DNA of 64,000 nucleotides from Lysobacterales bacterium. GTDB taxonomy: Bacteria > Pseudomonadota > Gammaproteobacteria > Xanthomonadales > BPKI01. This document shows positions 43,731 through 54,800 of this stretch, one piece after another. The notes under the pieces are model-generated. The model searched no databases. It was given only the letters and a program-made list of their open reading frames with translations, and was not told the origin of the DNA. The DNA lies in NCBI GenBank assembly GCA_033582715.1, contig JAVQZZ010000001.1, positions 118,431 to 182,430 of the forward strand. Reading direction: 5' to 3'. Made by a program: the position numbers and the translations under genes. Position 1 is the stretch's first letter. Each line of letters starts with the position of its first letter.

Positions 43731-45132
43731 TCAGGGGAGCGACGGGGGGACGATAGGCGAGACCGCCGCGGGGCGCCTCTGCTGGAAGTCATGCTCGAGG
43801 CGGAGCAGGGCGAGCGTCAGGCGGGCGAGGAGGAGCAGCGCCGCGGCGCGTGAGGCCGGCGGCGAGCCCGATCCACAGGCCGAGGATGCCCTTGCCCACG
43901 GGGAAGGCGAGCAGGGCGCCCACCGGCATCCCCACGCCCCAGTACGCGAGGGCGCAGAGTCCACATCGGCCCGCGGGTGTCCTTGAGGCCCCGCAGCAGG
44001 CCGTTGGCCGCGGCCTGGAGGCCGTCGGAGAACTGGAAGGCGGCGGCCACCCACAGCAGCGCCACTGCCTGCGCCTGCACCGCCGGATCGCGCGCGAAGG
44101 CGGCGGCCAGGCTGCTCCGGCGCGAGCAGCAGCAGCGCCGCGGTCAGCGTCTGGCCGAGCAGGACGATCAGGAGCACCGCGGCCGCGCTGCGGCGGAGCC
44201 GCGGCGCGTCCCGCGCGCCTAGGGCCTGGGCCACGCGCACGGTGCCCGCCATCGCCAGCCCGAGCGGGAGCATGAAGGCCAGCGAGGCGGCGGTCTGGGC
44301 CACCTGGTGGGCGGCCGCGGCCTCGGTGCCGAGACGGCCGGCCAGCAGAGCCGCTGGCGACGAAGAGCGCCCCCTCGAGCAGCACGGTCACCGCCATCGG
44401 CAGCCCGACGCGGAGCAGGGCGGCAAGCTCCGCGGCGGCGGGCAGCGACGGCCGGAAGCCGGCGAGGCCCGCTCTCCAGGCGGCGCGGCGGCGAAGCAGC
44501 CAGAGCAGCGACAGCGCCTGCAGCCACAGGACCAGCGCGTGGGCTAGGCCGAGGCCGGGGAGGCCGAGGCCCGGCCAGTCGCCGAGGCCGAAGAGCGCCA
44601 GCGCCCCGAGCGGCAGCAGCAGCGCGGCCCCCCCGGCCGCGGCGAGCAGGGTCGGCACGGTGAGCGACAGGCCCTCGGCGGTGCCGCGCAGGACCATGAA
44701 CAGCGCGGCGCCCGGGACCCCGGGGGCGAGGGCGCGGAGGAACTCCCCCGCGGCGGCGGCGAGCGGCGGCGCGATGCCGATCCACGCGAGCCAGGCGCCG
44801 GCGGCGCCGAGCAGCAGGGCGAGCGGGAGCGCGAGCAGCAGGGCCAGCCACAGCGCCTGGCCGAGCAGCGCCGGCACGCGCTCCCGCCGTCCCGCGCCGT
44901 GCGCCTCGCCGACGAAGGCGGGCACCGCCATCAGCACCCCGAGCAGGGCGAGGACCGCCAGCGACCACACCGCCGCGCCGATGGCGATCGCGGCCAGCGT
45001 CGCCGTGCCGTGCCGCCCGGCGAGCCAGGTCTCGACCACCCCCATCCCCATGAGCGCGAGCTGCGCGGCGGCGAGCGGCAGGGCAAGGCGCAGCACCGCG
45101 GCGAGCTCCGCGCGAAGCGAGGCGAGGGTCAT
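43731..45132 (-). CDS. MATE family efflux transporter (NorM-like; frameshifted)
   Basis: LALPLAAAQLALMGMGVVET, GLPMAVTVLLE, FMLPLGL, FQFSDGLQ...LRGLKDT. Confidence 0.85.
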
Positions 45133-45204
45133 CGGATCGGCTGCGGCGGCCGGGCGCGGTACCGGCGCTATCTTAGGGCGCCGCTGGGGCACGGGAGAGG
45201 CGCG

Positions 45205-45540
45205 ATGCTGCGCTACGAGGTCGAGCTCGCGGTCGAGCCGGGGACGGTCGCGGAGTGGCTGCAATGGATCCCGGCGCACGTCGCCGAGATCCTCGCCCTG
45301 CCGGGCTTCCTCGGCGCGGAGCTGCTGCGTCTGGAGGAGCCCGGCGGCGAGACCCCTGGCCGCGCTTCCGGGTGAGCTACCGGGCTCGCCGACGACGAGG
45401 CCCTCGCCCGTTACCTCGCCGAGCACGCGCCGCGCCTGCGCGCCGAGACCGCGCGCCGCTTCGGCGAGCGCCTGCGCCCCGCGCGCGCCGTCTGGCGTCC
45501 GATCGCGGCCTTCCGGCCGCCCGCCTCGCCCGAGTCTTGA
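45205..45540 (+). CDS. DUF4286-like small protein (frameshifted)
   Basis: MLRYEVELAV...WLQWIPAHVAEILALPGF...YL.EHAPRLR...RFG. Confidence 0.65.
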
Positions 45541-45679
45541 CAGCCGCAGCGCCCCGCTGCTCCGCCGCCCGCCGCCGAGGGGTTGCCGGTCGCTCCTCCG
45601 CCGACGTCTTGTGCACAGCGCCGCGATGCCGGGCCTGGCGTTGTCGTCGCGCCGTCACGAAGCGCCCCACCTGTTCGCG

Positions 45680-45692
45680 TAAGCCATTGATT
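45680..45692 (-). promoter_or_regulatory. IHF binding site consensus
   Basis: Reverse complement AATCAATGGCTTA is a perfect WATCAANNNNTTR match, with an AT-rich flank on its 5' side. Confidence 0.7.
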
Positions 45693-45779
45693 GTGGAGGC
45701 ATCTTTACAAATGGCCATTTTGTTTCCAGGAAGCCCCTGAGGCGCATCCGCGCGCGCTTCGGACGGCGCCGGGCGGGGC

Positions 45780-45814
45780 CAATCCACAGAGTTTTCCACA
45801 GGCGCTGTGGAAAA
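45780..45814. promoter_or_regulatory. DnaA box triplet (DARS-like core)
   Basis: CAATCCACA (45780-88, degenerate), 3 bp, TTTTCCACA (45792-800), 5 bp, TGTGGAAAA (45806-14, inverted); the last two match TTWTNCACA perfectly. Confidence 0.8.
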
Positions 45815-45913
45815 GCACTTTTCGTTCGACACGACAGCGACTTGAAGCCTGACTTCTGAGAAGCGTTCGAGAAACCGCCGGCAAGACCGCCTCGGCCGGA
45901 GACGGTCCTGCGC

Positions 45914-48066
45914 GTGGCGCTGCCGGTCGCGGTGGCGCGCTGCTTCGACTACCGCGCGCCCGGGGCGGGGCCGGACTGGATCGGCTGCCGGGTGCTCGTC
46001 CCCTTCGGCCGGCGGCGCCTGGTCGGGGTGGTGGTGGACTGCGGGCCGCCCGAGGTCCCGGAGCAGCGGCTGCAGTCGGTGCTGCGCCGGCTCGACGCCG
46101 AGCCGCTGCTCGATGCGCCGCTGCGCGCCGATCTCGACTGGCTCGCCGCCTACCATCACCATCCCCTGGGCGAGGTGCTGGCCACGGCGCTCCCGCCGCC
46201 GGTGCGTGCTTCCCTCCGCCCCGCCCGCCGGAGCGCGGCTCGCGCTCACGCCCGAGGGCCGGGCGCAGGCGCTCGCGTGCCCGCGGCGCGCGGCTGTCGG
46301 CGCTGCTGCGTTTGCTCGGCGGAGCGCGGTCCGCTCCCCGCCGGGGCGCTCGACCAGGCGCTGCCCGGCTGGACGCGCGATCCTCGTCCGCCATCGCGGT
46401 CGCGGCTGGCTCAGGTCTGAGGAGGATGAACCGCTGCCGCCCGCGGAGCCGGTGGTCCTCAATGCCGATCAGGAGCGCGCCCGTGCGGCGGTGCGGGAGG
46501 CCTTCGGCCGCTTCCAGCCCTTCCTGCTCGCGGGCGTGACCGGCAGCGGCAAGACCGAGGTCTACCTCGCACTCGCCGCCGAGCTCGCCGCCGCCGGCCG
46601 CCAGAGCCTGGTGCTGGTGCCGGAGATCGCGCTGGTGCCGCAGACCCTCGAGCGCTTCCGCCAGCCGGCTCGGGCGCGCGCGTCGCGGCGCTTGCATTCC
46701 GGCCTCCCCGCGGGCGAGCGTGCCCGGGTCTGGGCCGAGGCGCGGTCCGGCGCGCTGCTCGCCATCGTCGGTACCCGCTCGGCGGTCTTCGCCCCGCTCC
46801 CCCGGCGCGGGCCTGATCGTGGTCGACGAGGAGCACGACCTCGCCTACCGCCAGGGCGAGGGGCTGCGCTATTCGGCGCGCGACTTCGCGCTGGTGCGGG
46901 CGCGCCGGCTTGGCGATCCCGGTGCTGCTCGGCTCCGCCACCCCGAGCCTCGAGAGCCTGGCCCTGGTGCGCCGTGGGCGTCTGGTCGAGCTCCGGCTGC
47001 CGCGCCGCTGCGGTCGCGCGAGCGCCCGCCGGTGGTGCGCGTCGCCGACGTCGCCGGCCGGCCCCCGCCGGGCGGGATCGCCGGGGAGATCCTCGCCGCG
47101 ATCGGGACCGCGCTCGGGCGCGGGGAGCAGGCCTTGGTCTTCCGCAACCGGCGGGGCTATGCCCCGCTGCTGCTCTGTCGCGGCTGCGGCTTCCGCGCCG
47201 AGTGCGGGCGCTGCGGGATCGCGCTCACCTGCCATCGGGCCGAGGGCACGCTGCTGGTCTGCCACGGCTGCGGGGCGCGCGAAGCCGCGCCCGCGCGCTG
47301 CCCGCGCTGCGGCGAAGCCGTGCGCCTGAGCGGCTTCGGCACCGAACGCCTGGAGGAGACCCTCGCCGCGCGCTTCCCCGGGTTCCCCGTGCTGCGCGTC
47401 GACCGCGACAGCGCGCGCCGCCGCGGCGCCCTCGAGCGGCTGCTCGCTCCGGCGCGCCGCGGCGAGCCCTGCATCCTGGTCGGCACCCAGATGCTGGCCA
47501 AGGGCCACGACCTGCCGCGGCTCACCGTGGTCGCGGCGCTGCACGTCGATGCCGCCCTCGCCCGCGCCGACTTCCGCGCCGCCGAGCGCTTCGCCCAGCT
47601 CCTGGTGCAGGTCCGGAGGTCGCGCCGGACGGGCCGGCGCGCGCGGGGAGGTCTGGCTCCAGACCGCGCAGCCCGGCCATCCGCTGCTGCGCGCGCTGCT
47701 CGCGGAGGGCTACGCCGCCTTCGCCGCCCGCGAGCTCGAGCTCCGCCGCGAGGCGGGACTGCCGCCCTTCGCCCATCAGGCGCGGCTGTGCGCCGAGGGC
47801 AGCTGGCGAGCGCGCGCGGATCTTCCTCGCCGCGGCGCGCGAGATCGCCCCGCCGGAGCCGGGGCTGCGCCTCGACGGCCCGCTTCCCGCGCTCGCCGAG
47901 CGCCGGGCCGGGCGCCTGCGCTTCGAGCTCCTGCTCGAGGCGCGGGACGCGCGCCCCCCTCCATCGCTGGCTGGCGCGGGCGATGCCGGTGCTGCGCGCC
48001 GATCCGCGCGGCCGGCGTCTGCGCTGGTTCCTCGAGGTCGATCCGCAGAGCGCCGACTGGGAGTGA
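45914..48066 (+). CDS. priA: Primosomal protein N' (multiple frameshifts; start approximate)
   Basis: RVALPV...FDY, RVLVPFG, GVTGSGKTEVY, LVPEIAL, GTRSAVF, DEEHD, GSATPSLES, NRRGYAP, four CxxC pairs, GTQMLAKGHD, EVDP end. Confidence 0.93.
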
Positions 48067-48107
48067 CCTCGCTCCCGTAAGCTGAGGGACGGAGTCGGAG
48101 GACCGCC

Positions 48108-51057
48108 ATGGAGTTGCGCCGCTGCCTCGACTGCCACGCCCTCTCCTGGCATCCCGGCGCGCGCTGCCGGCGCTGCGGGGGCGGGCTCCGCCTCGAGGAG
48201 CTCTCGGCCCTGGTCGGCGAGCGGCTGGGGCGCTACCAGCTCGAGGCGCTGATCGGCGCCGGCGGAATGGGCGCGGTGTTCGAGGGGCGGCACCTCGGCC
48301 TCGGCCGCACCGTGGCGATCAAGCTGCTGCTCCCGGACAGCGCCGACGAGGCGGTCCTCGAGCGCTTCCGGCGCGAGGCGCGAACCCTCGCCGCGCTCGA
48401 CCACCCGCACGTCGTGCGCGTCCTCGACTTCGAGGAAGACGCCGCGGGGATCCCCTTGCTGGTGATGGAACGCCTGCGCGGACGCACCCTCGCCGACCGC
48501 ATCGCCGAAGGCGGAGCCTTGTCCCTCGCCGCGACGGCGGCCTGGCTAGTCCCCATCGCCTCCGGCCTGGCCGAGGCGCACCGGCTCGGCGTGGTCCATC
48601 GCGACCTGAAGCCCGCCAACATCTTCCTCGCCGAGGAGCGCGGGCGGATCGTGCCCAAGCTGGTCGACTTCGGCATCGCCCGCAGCGCCGCAGAGCGATC
48701 CGCGAAGCTCACCCGCACCGGCTGGGTGGTGGGCACGCCGCAATACCTGAGTCCCGAACAGATGGTCGGCGCCGAGGCCGGACCGGCGAGCGACCAGTAC
48801 AGCCTGGCGCTCGTGGTCGCGGAATCGCTGAGCGGACGTGCGGTGCGCGGCGACCGGCCGCTGGCCCAGGCCCTGGCGAACAGTCGCGGCGCCGGCGAGC
48901 TCGCCGAGTTCCTGGCCGCGACGCCTCTGCCCGCGCCCTGCGCCGAGGCGCTGGCGCGGGCGACGCGCCACGAGCCCGCGCAGCGCTTCCCCAGCATCCT
49001 GGACCTGGCCGCGGCCTTCGGCCCCTACGCGGCCACCGTCGAGGCGCCTCCCGTCGTGACCGGCCCCGCTTCCACGGTCGCGGTCGAGGCCCCGGCCTCG
49101 ACCTCGATCCCAACACCAGGCAGCGCCGCGCCGCCCGCGACGCGGCGCGGGCGCCGCCTCCTGCCGCTCGCCCTCGCCGCCCTCGGCCTCGCGCTCGGCG
49201 CGTGGTGGCTCGCGGTCCGCTGGCCGCAGGTCGCGCCCTCCTCCCTCCGGCTTCCCTTCGCCGCGCCCGACTTCGCCGCCACGCGCAAACTGCCGCTGCC
49301 CCCCGACGCGGGGCCATTGCTCGGCGTCGCCGCGCTGCCCGGAAGGCGCTTCGCCGCGGCCTTCGCGGTCGCCGGCGGGCTGCGCCTGCTCGAGCTCGGG
49401 GATGGGCGGGAGAGCTTTTCGGCGCTCTCGCCCGAAGACGAGCTGCTCGGCCTCAGCCGCGACGGCGCACTGCTGCTGCGGCGCGGCGACACGCTCCTCG
49501 CCCGCTCGCTGGTCAGCGCCAGCGACACACTGCGCCTTCGGCTTGGCGGACCGGAGGTCCGCGTCGCTCGCGCTCGATCCCGACGGGCGCATGGCGCTGG
49601 TCGAGAGCGAGGGCGAGCGCCGTCTGCTCGCCGCGCAGGTCGCGCCCCGGTCGCTGCCAGAGCTCGCCGGGCGGCCGCTCCGCGCCGCCGTCCTCGGTCG
49701 GAGGATCCTGGTGACCCTGCTCGACGCGCCCTCGGAATGGCTGGTCTACGACCAGGGCCGTCTGCGCTGGCGCCACCCCGCCGCCGGCTATCGCCCGCAC
49801 CAGCTCGCGCTGCTCGAGGACGCGGGCCAGGCGGCGCTCTGCGGCTTCGCCCCCGAGATCGAGATCATCGATTGGGAGCGGGAACGGGTGCGGCGCCTGC
49901 CGGTGCCGGTCAGCTGCAACGCCGCCCTGTGGCTCCCCGAGGGCGAGCGGCTGCTGGTGCACGCCCACGGTGCCCTGCTGCTGCTCGATCCCGCCTCCGG
50001 GGAGATCCGTGCCCAGCCCTGGCCGGAGGCCACCCAGCAGAGCCGCGCGCGGCTTCTGGCCTCGAGGGGGCGGATCCTGCTCGCCGAGCCCGAGAGTGCC
50101 GCCCTGCACCTGATCCCGCTCGCCGCCCCCCTGCCGGTCAGGCGCCTCGCCGAGCTCTCCGAACCGGCCTGGGATCTGGTTTCGGTCGGGGAGGAGGCCT
50201 ACGTCGCCGGAAGCACGGGGGAGCTGCTCGGCCTCACCGGCGACAGCCGCGTGCGCAGCCGCCGGATCCACGAGGCGGGAATCAGCCATCTGCTGCCGGT
50301 CGGGTCCTTCCTGCTCAGCGCCTCCGACGACCGCAGCATCGCGCTCTGGGATCGCCCCGAGCTGGAGCTCCGCTTCCGCAGCCGCGCCCACGAGTTCCTG
50401 GTCAACCACCTCGCCCTCGGCGGGCCCGACGCGGTCTGGAGCGCGAGCTCCGACGGCGAGCTCAAACGCTGGCGGCTGCCCGAGCTCCTGCCGAGCGAAA
50501 GGATCCCGCTGCGGGATGGCGAGGGCCGGCCGATTCCGCTCCACGCCCTGTGGATCGACGAGGAGACGGGCCGCGGCCTGGCCGGCTCCTGGAACCGGCT
50601 GCTGATCCGCCTCGAGCGCCGCGGGGGCGCATGGCAGCCCAGGATCGAGCCGGCGCCGGGCGTGCTCTACCGGATCCTGCCGCTGCCCCGGCTCGAAGCC
50701 TTGGTGCTGCTGTTCATCGAGCCCTCGAGTCTCGCGCTGCTCGATCTGCGGGACGGCCGCTTGCGGCCGCTCCCCGACCACGGGCGGCGCTGGCTCGGCC
50801 TCGCCGCCGGCCCGGATCCCGAGCGCTTCCTCGCCGCGGGCGTGGCGGCGCTCGGCCTGTGGCGGGTCGAACGCGCGCCGGAAGGCCTCGCCGCACGGCT
50901 CGAGCGCTTCCACGAGCAGGCGGCGCTCGGCGAACTGAGCGCCGCCGCCGCCCAGGCGTCGCGACGGCGCTGGCTCCTCGCGTCGGAGGAGGCGGTCCTG
51001 GCACTGTCATGGGAAAGCCTCGGCCCGCCCGAGCGCGCCGGGAGCGGCGAGCCGTGA
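48108..51057 (+). CDS. Hanks-type Ser/Thr kinase with N-terminal Zn ribbon, TM helix and C-terminal WD40-like propeller (frameshift near 49560)
   Basis: CLDC...CRRC; IGAGGMGAV, VAIK, HRDLKPANIF, DFG, GTPQYLSPEQ; TM LLPLALAALGLALGAWWL; WD repeats LLSASDDRSIALWD and WSASSDGELKRWR. Confidence 0.85.
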
Positions 51058-51836
51058 CCTCGTCACCGCAGGATCCGCTCCTCGCCCGCGCCGCCGCCTG
51101 GCTCGCCGAGGCGCAGAGCCTGTTCGTGCTCACCGGTGCCGGGGTGAGCCGCGAGAGCGGGATCCCGACCTTCCGCGAGGCCCGGAAAGGGCTCTGGGCG
51201 CGCTTCGACCCGGAGCAGCTCGCCTCCCGGGCCGGCTTCGACGCCGACCCCGCGCTGGTGTGGCGTTGGTACCGCTGGCGCAAGGCGCGCGTTCGCGCCG
51301 CCTCGCCCAATCCGGCGCACCACGCGATCGCCGCCCTCGAACGCCGGGTCGCGGACTTCACCCTCGCCACCCAGAACGTCGACGGCCTGCATCGCCGCGC
51401 GGGCTCGCGCGCGCCGCTCGAGCTCCATGGCAGCCTGGACCGGGTGCGCTGCGAGCGCTGCGGCCAGCGGCTGCCCTGGGAGGAGGTCCCCGAGGACCTT
51501 GCGGTACCGCGCTGCGCCTGCGGCGGGCGGCTGCGCCCGGACGTGGTCTGGTTCCACGAGCCGCTCGACACCGAGACCCTCGCCCAGGCCCTCGCCGCCG
51601 CCACCCGGGCCGAGCTTTGCCTCGCCGTCGGCACCTCCGGGGTGGTGCAGCCGGCGGCGAGCCTGCCGCTGGTCGCCAAGCGCGCCGGGGCGAGGCTGCT
51701 CGTGATCGATCCCGGGGACACGGTCCTCGGCCCGCTCGCCGATCTCTGGCTCCGGGAGCGCGCCGGCCGCTGCCTGCCCGCGCTCGCTCCGCGGCTGAGC
51801 GGCGCTCCCGGCCGGCCGCGCCGTGCGCTAGGATGA
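51054..51836 (+). CDS. cobB: NAD-dependent protein deacylase (class III sirtuin)
   Basis: TGAGVSRESGIPTFR, WYRWR (YxxR), TQNVDGLH, ELHG, CERC...CAC, RPDVVWF, GTSGVVQPAA; GTGA overlap with the kinase stop. Confidence 0.9.
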   Translation: MTSSPQDPLLARAAAWLAEAQSLFVLTGAGVSRESGIPTFREARKGLWARFDPEQLASRAGFDADPALVWRWYRWRKARVRAASPNPAHHAIAALERRVADFTLATQNVDGLHRRAGSRAPLELHGSLDRVRCERCGQRLPWEEVPEDLAVPRCACGGRLRPDVVWFHEPLDTETLAQALAAATRAELCLAVGTSGVVQPAASLPLVAKRAGARLLVIDPGDTVLGPLADLWLRERAGRCLPALAPRLSGAPGRPRRALG

Positions 51837-51887
51837 CGCAGCGCGGAGCGCGCCGCGCTCCGACGTCAGCCTGGGGGATTCCCGTCC

Positions 51888-54800
51888 ATGACCTGTCTCG
51901 TCCGCATTGCCCTTGCCGCCTGCGCGGCGTTCCTGCCTCTGCTCGCCTTCGCCACCCCGCAGCTCCTCGAGCTTCCGTCCGGTGGCGAGACCAAGGCACC
52001 CTCCGGCACTCCGCCGAACACCCCGAGCGGGGTCTTCGTCGCCCCTGACAGCCCCTTCGGCTACGACTTCTCGATCGCGGGCGAGCGCGAGCCGAACGAT
52101 GGGGCCGCGCAGGCCCAGCTCCTCGCGCTGGTGAACGACGCCTTCCGCCTGCGGGCGAACATCTACCCCGGCGGGGACGTCGACTGGTACGCGATCCCGC
52201 TCCAGGCCGGCGACCGGGTCTACGCCGCCACCAACACCACGAAGCCGGTGGCGAGCGGCGACACGGTGCTCACCCTGCTCGCCCCCGACGGCACCACGGT
52301 GATCGAGGAGGACGACGACGACGGGGGTTTCGGAGGCGTCGCCTCCAGCATCGCCGGCGCGACGGTGCCGAGCGCCGGAACCTATTTCCTTAGGGTGCGC
52401 GGCTTCGCCGCCACCACCACCATCCGCCCCTACGAGCTGCTGGTCCAGGTCCGGCGCGGCAGCCCCACCCCGGAGACCGAGCCGAACGAGCTCTCCGGCG
52501 GCGGCCAGCCGCTGCCGGCCTCGCGCTGGGTGAGCGGGGCGATCACCGGCGGCAGCGATGTGAACGACTCCTTCAACTTCAGCCTCGCCGCCGGCGACAC
52601 CGTGTTCCTCAGCCTCGACGCCGATCCGCAGCGGGTGGGCGGCGCGCGCTGGAACCCGCGCCTCGGCCTCGGCACCTTCGACGGTTTCGTGCTCCTCGTC
52701 AACGACGGGAATACCACCTCGCCCAACTCGGAAGCCTTCTTCTTCACCGTCGAGCAGGCCGGTTCCTACACGGTCTTCGTCGATGCCGCGGCCGGCGCCG
52801 GTCCCGCGGCCGACTACCACCTGAGCGTCACCGTGTTCCCCTTCCTCCCGGCCTCGGCGAGCTGCCAGACCTACACCTCGGCCGACACCCCGATCGCGAT
52901 CCCGACCGGGCCGGGTTCGATCACCTCCACGATCGCCGTGCCCGGAACGCCCCGCATCGCGGATCTCGACGTCGCGCTCGAGCTGCAGCACGACAACCCG
53001 CCCGACCTCGACCTCGTGCTCGAGGGGCCGGGCGGCAATCGCATCACCCTGCTCACCGATCCTCCGACCGCCGCCCCCAATCCGCGCCAGTTCAACCTCG
53101 TGCTCGACGACGAGGCGGCGCTTCAGCTTGGAACCTACAACCGCTACCAGGTGTACCGCGCCCAGCCCGAAGGCCCGAACCTGCTCTCCTGGTTCGACGG
53201 CATGAACGGCGGCGGCACCTGGCGGCTCACGGTGCATGACGATCTCGCCATGAACGGCGGGACGCTGCAGCGCTGGTCGCTGCGGATCTGCGAGGTGCCG
53301 GCGGCCCCGAGCTGCCCGGCCGGAACCCAGCCGGTGACCGTCTACCAGAGCGACTTCAACGCCGACAACGGCGGCTTCACCGCGAGCGGCACCGCCAGCG
53401 ACTGGCAGTGGGGCACGCCGAGCGCCGCCCCGCTCAACGACTGCGCCAGTGGAACCAGCTGCTGGGCCACCCGCCTCGCCGGCAACTATTCCAACAACGC
53501 CGACGAGACCCTGCAGTCCCCGCTCTTCAACCTGAGCGGCCTGGTGGCACCCGTGACCCTGAGCTGGGCGCAGAAGTACCAGATGGAGTCGGCGAGCTTC
53601 GACCGCATCTACCTCCGCGCCGAGAACGGCGCCGCGAGCGTGACCCGCCAGCTCTTCGCCTGGCTGGGCCCCACCATGCAGGAGGGGGTCGGCAACCCGA
53701 CCCAGACCATCGCCATGGCCGCCGGCTGGGGGCTGTTCCGCAGCGACCTCTCGCCCTTCGCCGGCGACTCGGTGCGCCTCAAGTTCCGCCTCGCCTCCGA
53801 TGCAAGCGGCAACTTCCCGGGGTGGGGCATCGACGACGTCCGCATCGACGCCTGCCAGCCCTTCGCCGACCTCGCGGTGACCAAGACCAACGGCGTCTCC
53901 ACGGTCCAGGCCGGGACGAGCACCACCTACACCATCGTGGTGAGCCACGCCGCGGGGGCCGCGACCACCACCGCCACCGTCTCCGACGCCGTCCCGGCGG
54001 CAGCGAGCGGCTGCACCTGGACCTGCAGCGCCGCGGGCGGGGCGAGCTGCGGCGCGGCCTCCGGCTCGGGCGCGATCAGCGAGACCGTGACCCTGGTCCC
54101 CGGCTCCTCGGTGACCTACCAGTTCACCTGCGCGATCCCGCTCAATGCAACGGCCGGACCGCTCAGCAACACGGTCACGGTGAGCGGCGTCGCCCCCGAT
54201 CCGAACGGCGCCAACAACACCGCCACCGACACCGACACCATCCAGCCGGTGGCCGACCTCGCGGTGACCAAGAGCGACGGCGTGAGCACGGTCGTCGCGG
54301 GCACGAGCACCACCTACACCATCCAGGTGCGCCACCAGGGCGGTGGGGCCACGGTGACCGACGCGGTCGTGGTCGACAACCCGCCGCCGAGCCTCAGCTG
54401 CACCTGGACCTGCAGCGCCGCGGGCGGGGCGAGCTGCGGCGCGGCCTCCGGCTCGGGCGCGATCAACCAGACCGTGACCCTGCCGCCCGGCGGCTCGGTG
54501 ACCTTCAGCCTGGTGTGCGCGATCGCCCCGAGCGCGACCGGCACGATCGCGAACACCGCCTCGGTCTCGAGCGCCACCGTGCCCGATCCCGTGGCCGGGA
54601 ACAATTCCGCGACCGACACCAACACGGTGCAGAGCCAGGCCGATCTCTCGGTGGCGATCGCCTACTCCAACACCACCCCGCCTGCGGGCAGCACGATCAC
54701 CAAGACCGTGACCGTGAGCAACGCCGGGCCCTCGACCGCAGTCAACGTGGTGGTCAACGACCTGATCCCGAGCGGCTACACGCTGGTGAGCGCCACGCCC

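Noticed and set aside
45540-45900. DnaA-box cluster as the chromosomal origin
   Set aside because: No dnaA, dnaN or gidA nearby, no extended AT-rich unwinding element and few boxes; a DARS/datA-like or promoter role fits better
48108-51836. Kinase-sirtuin fusion or SIR2-type anti-phage system
   Set aside because: The fusion ORF results from an indel near 49560; the sirtuin is a canonical Zn-binding CobB with YxxR, unlike defence SIR2 NADases
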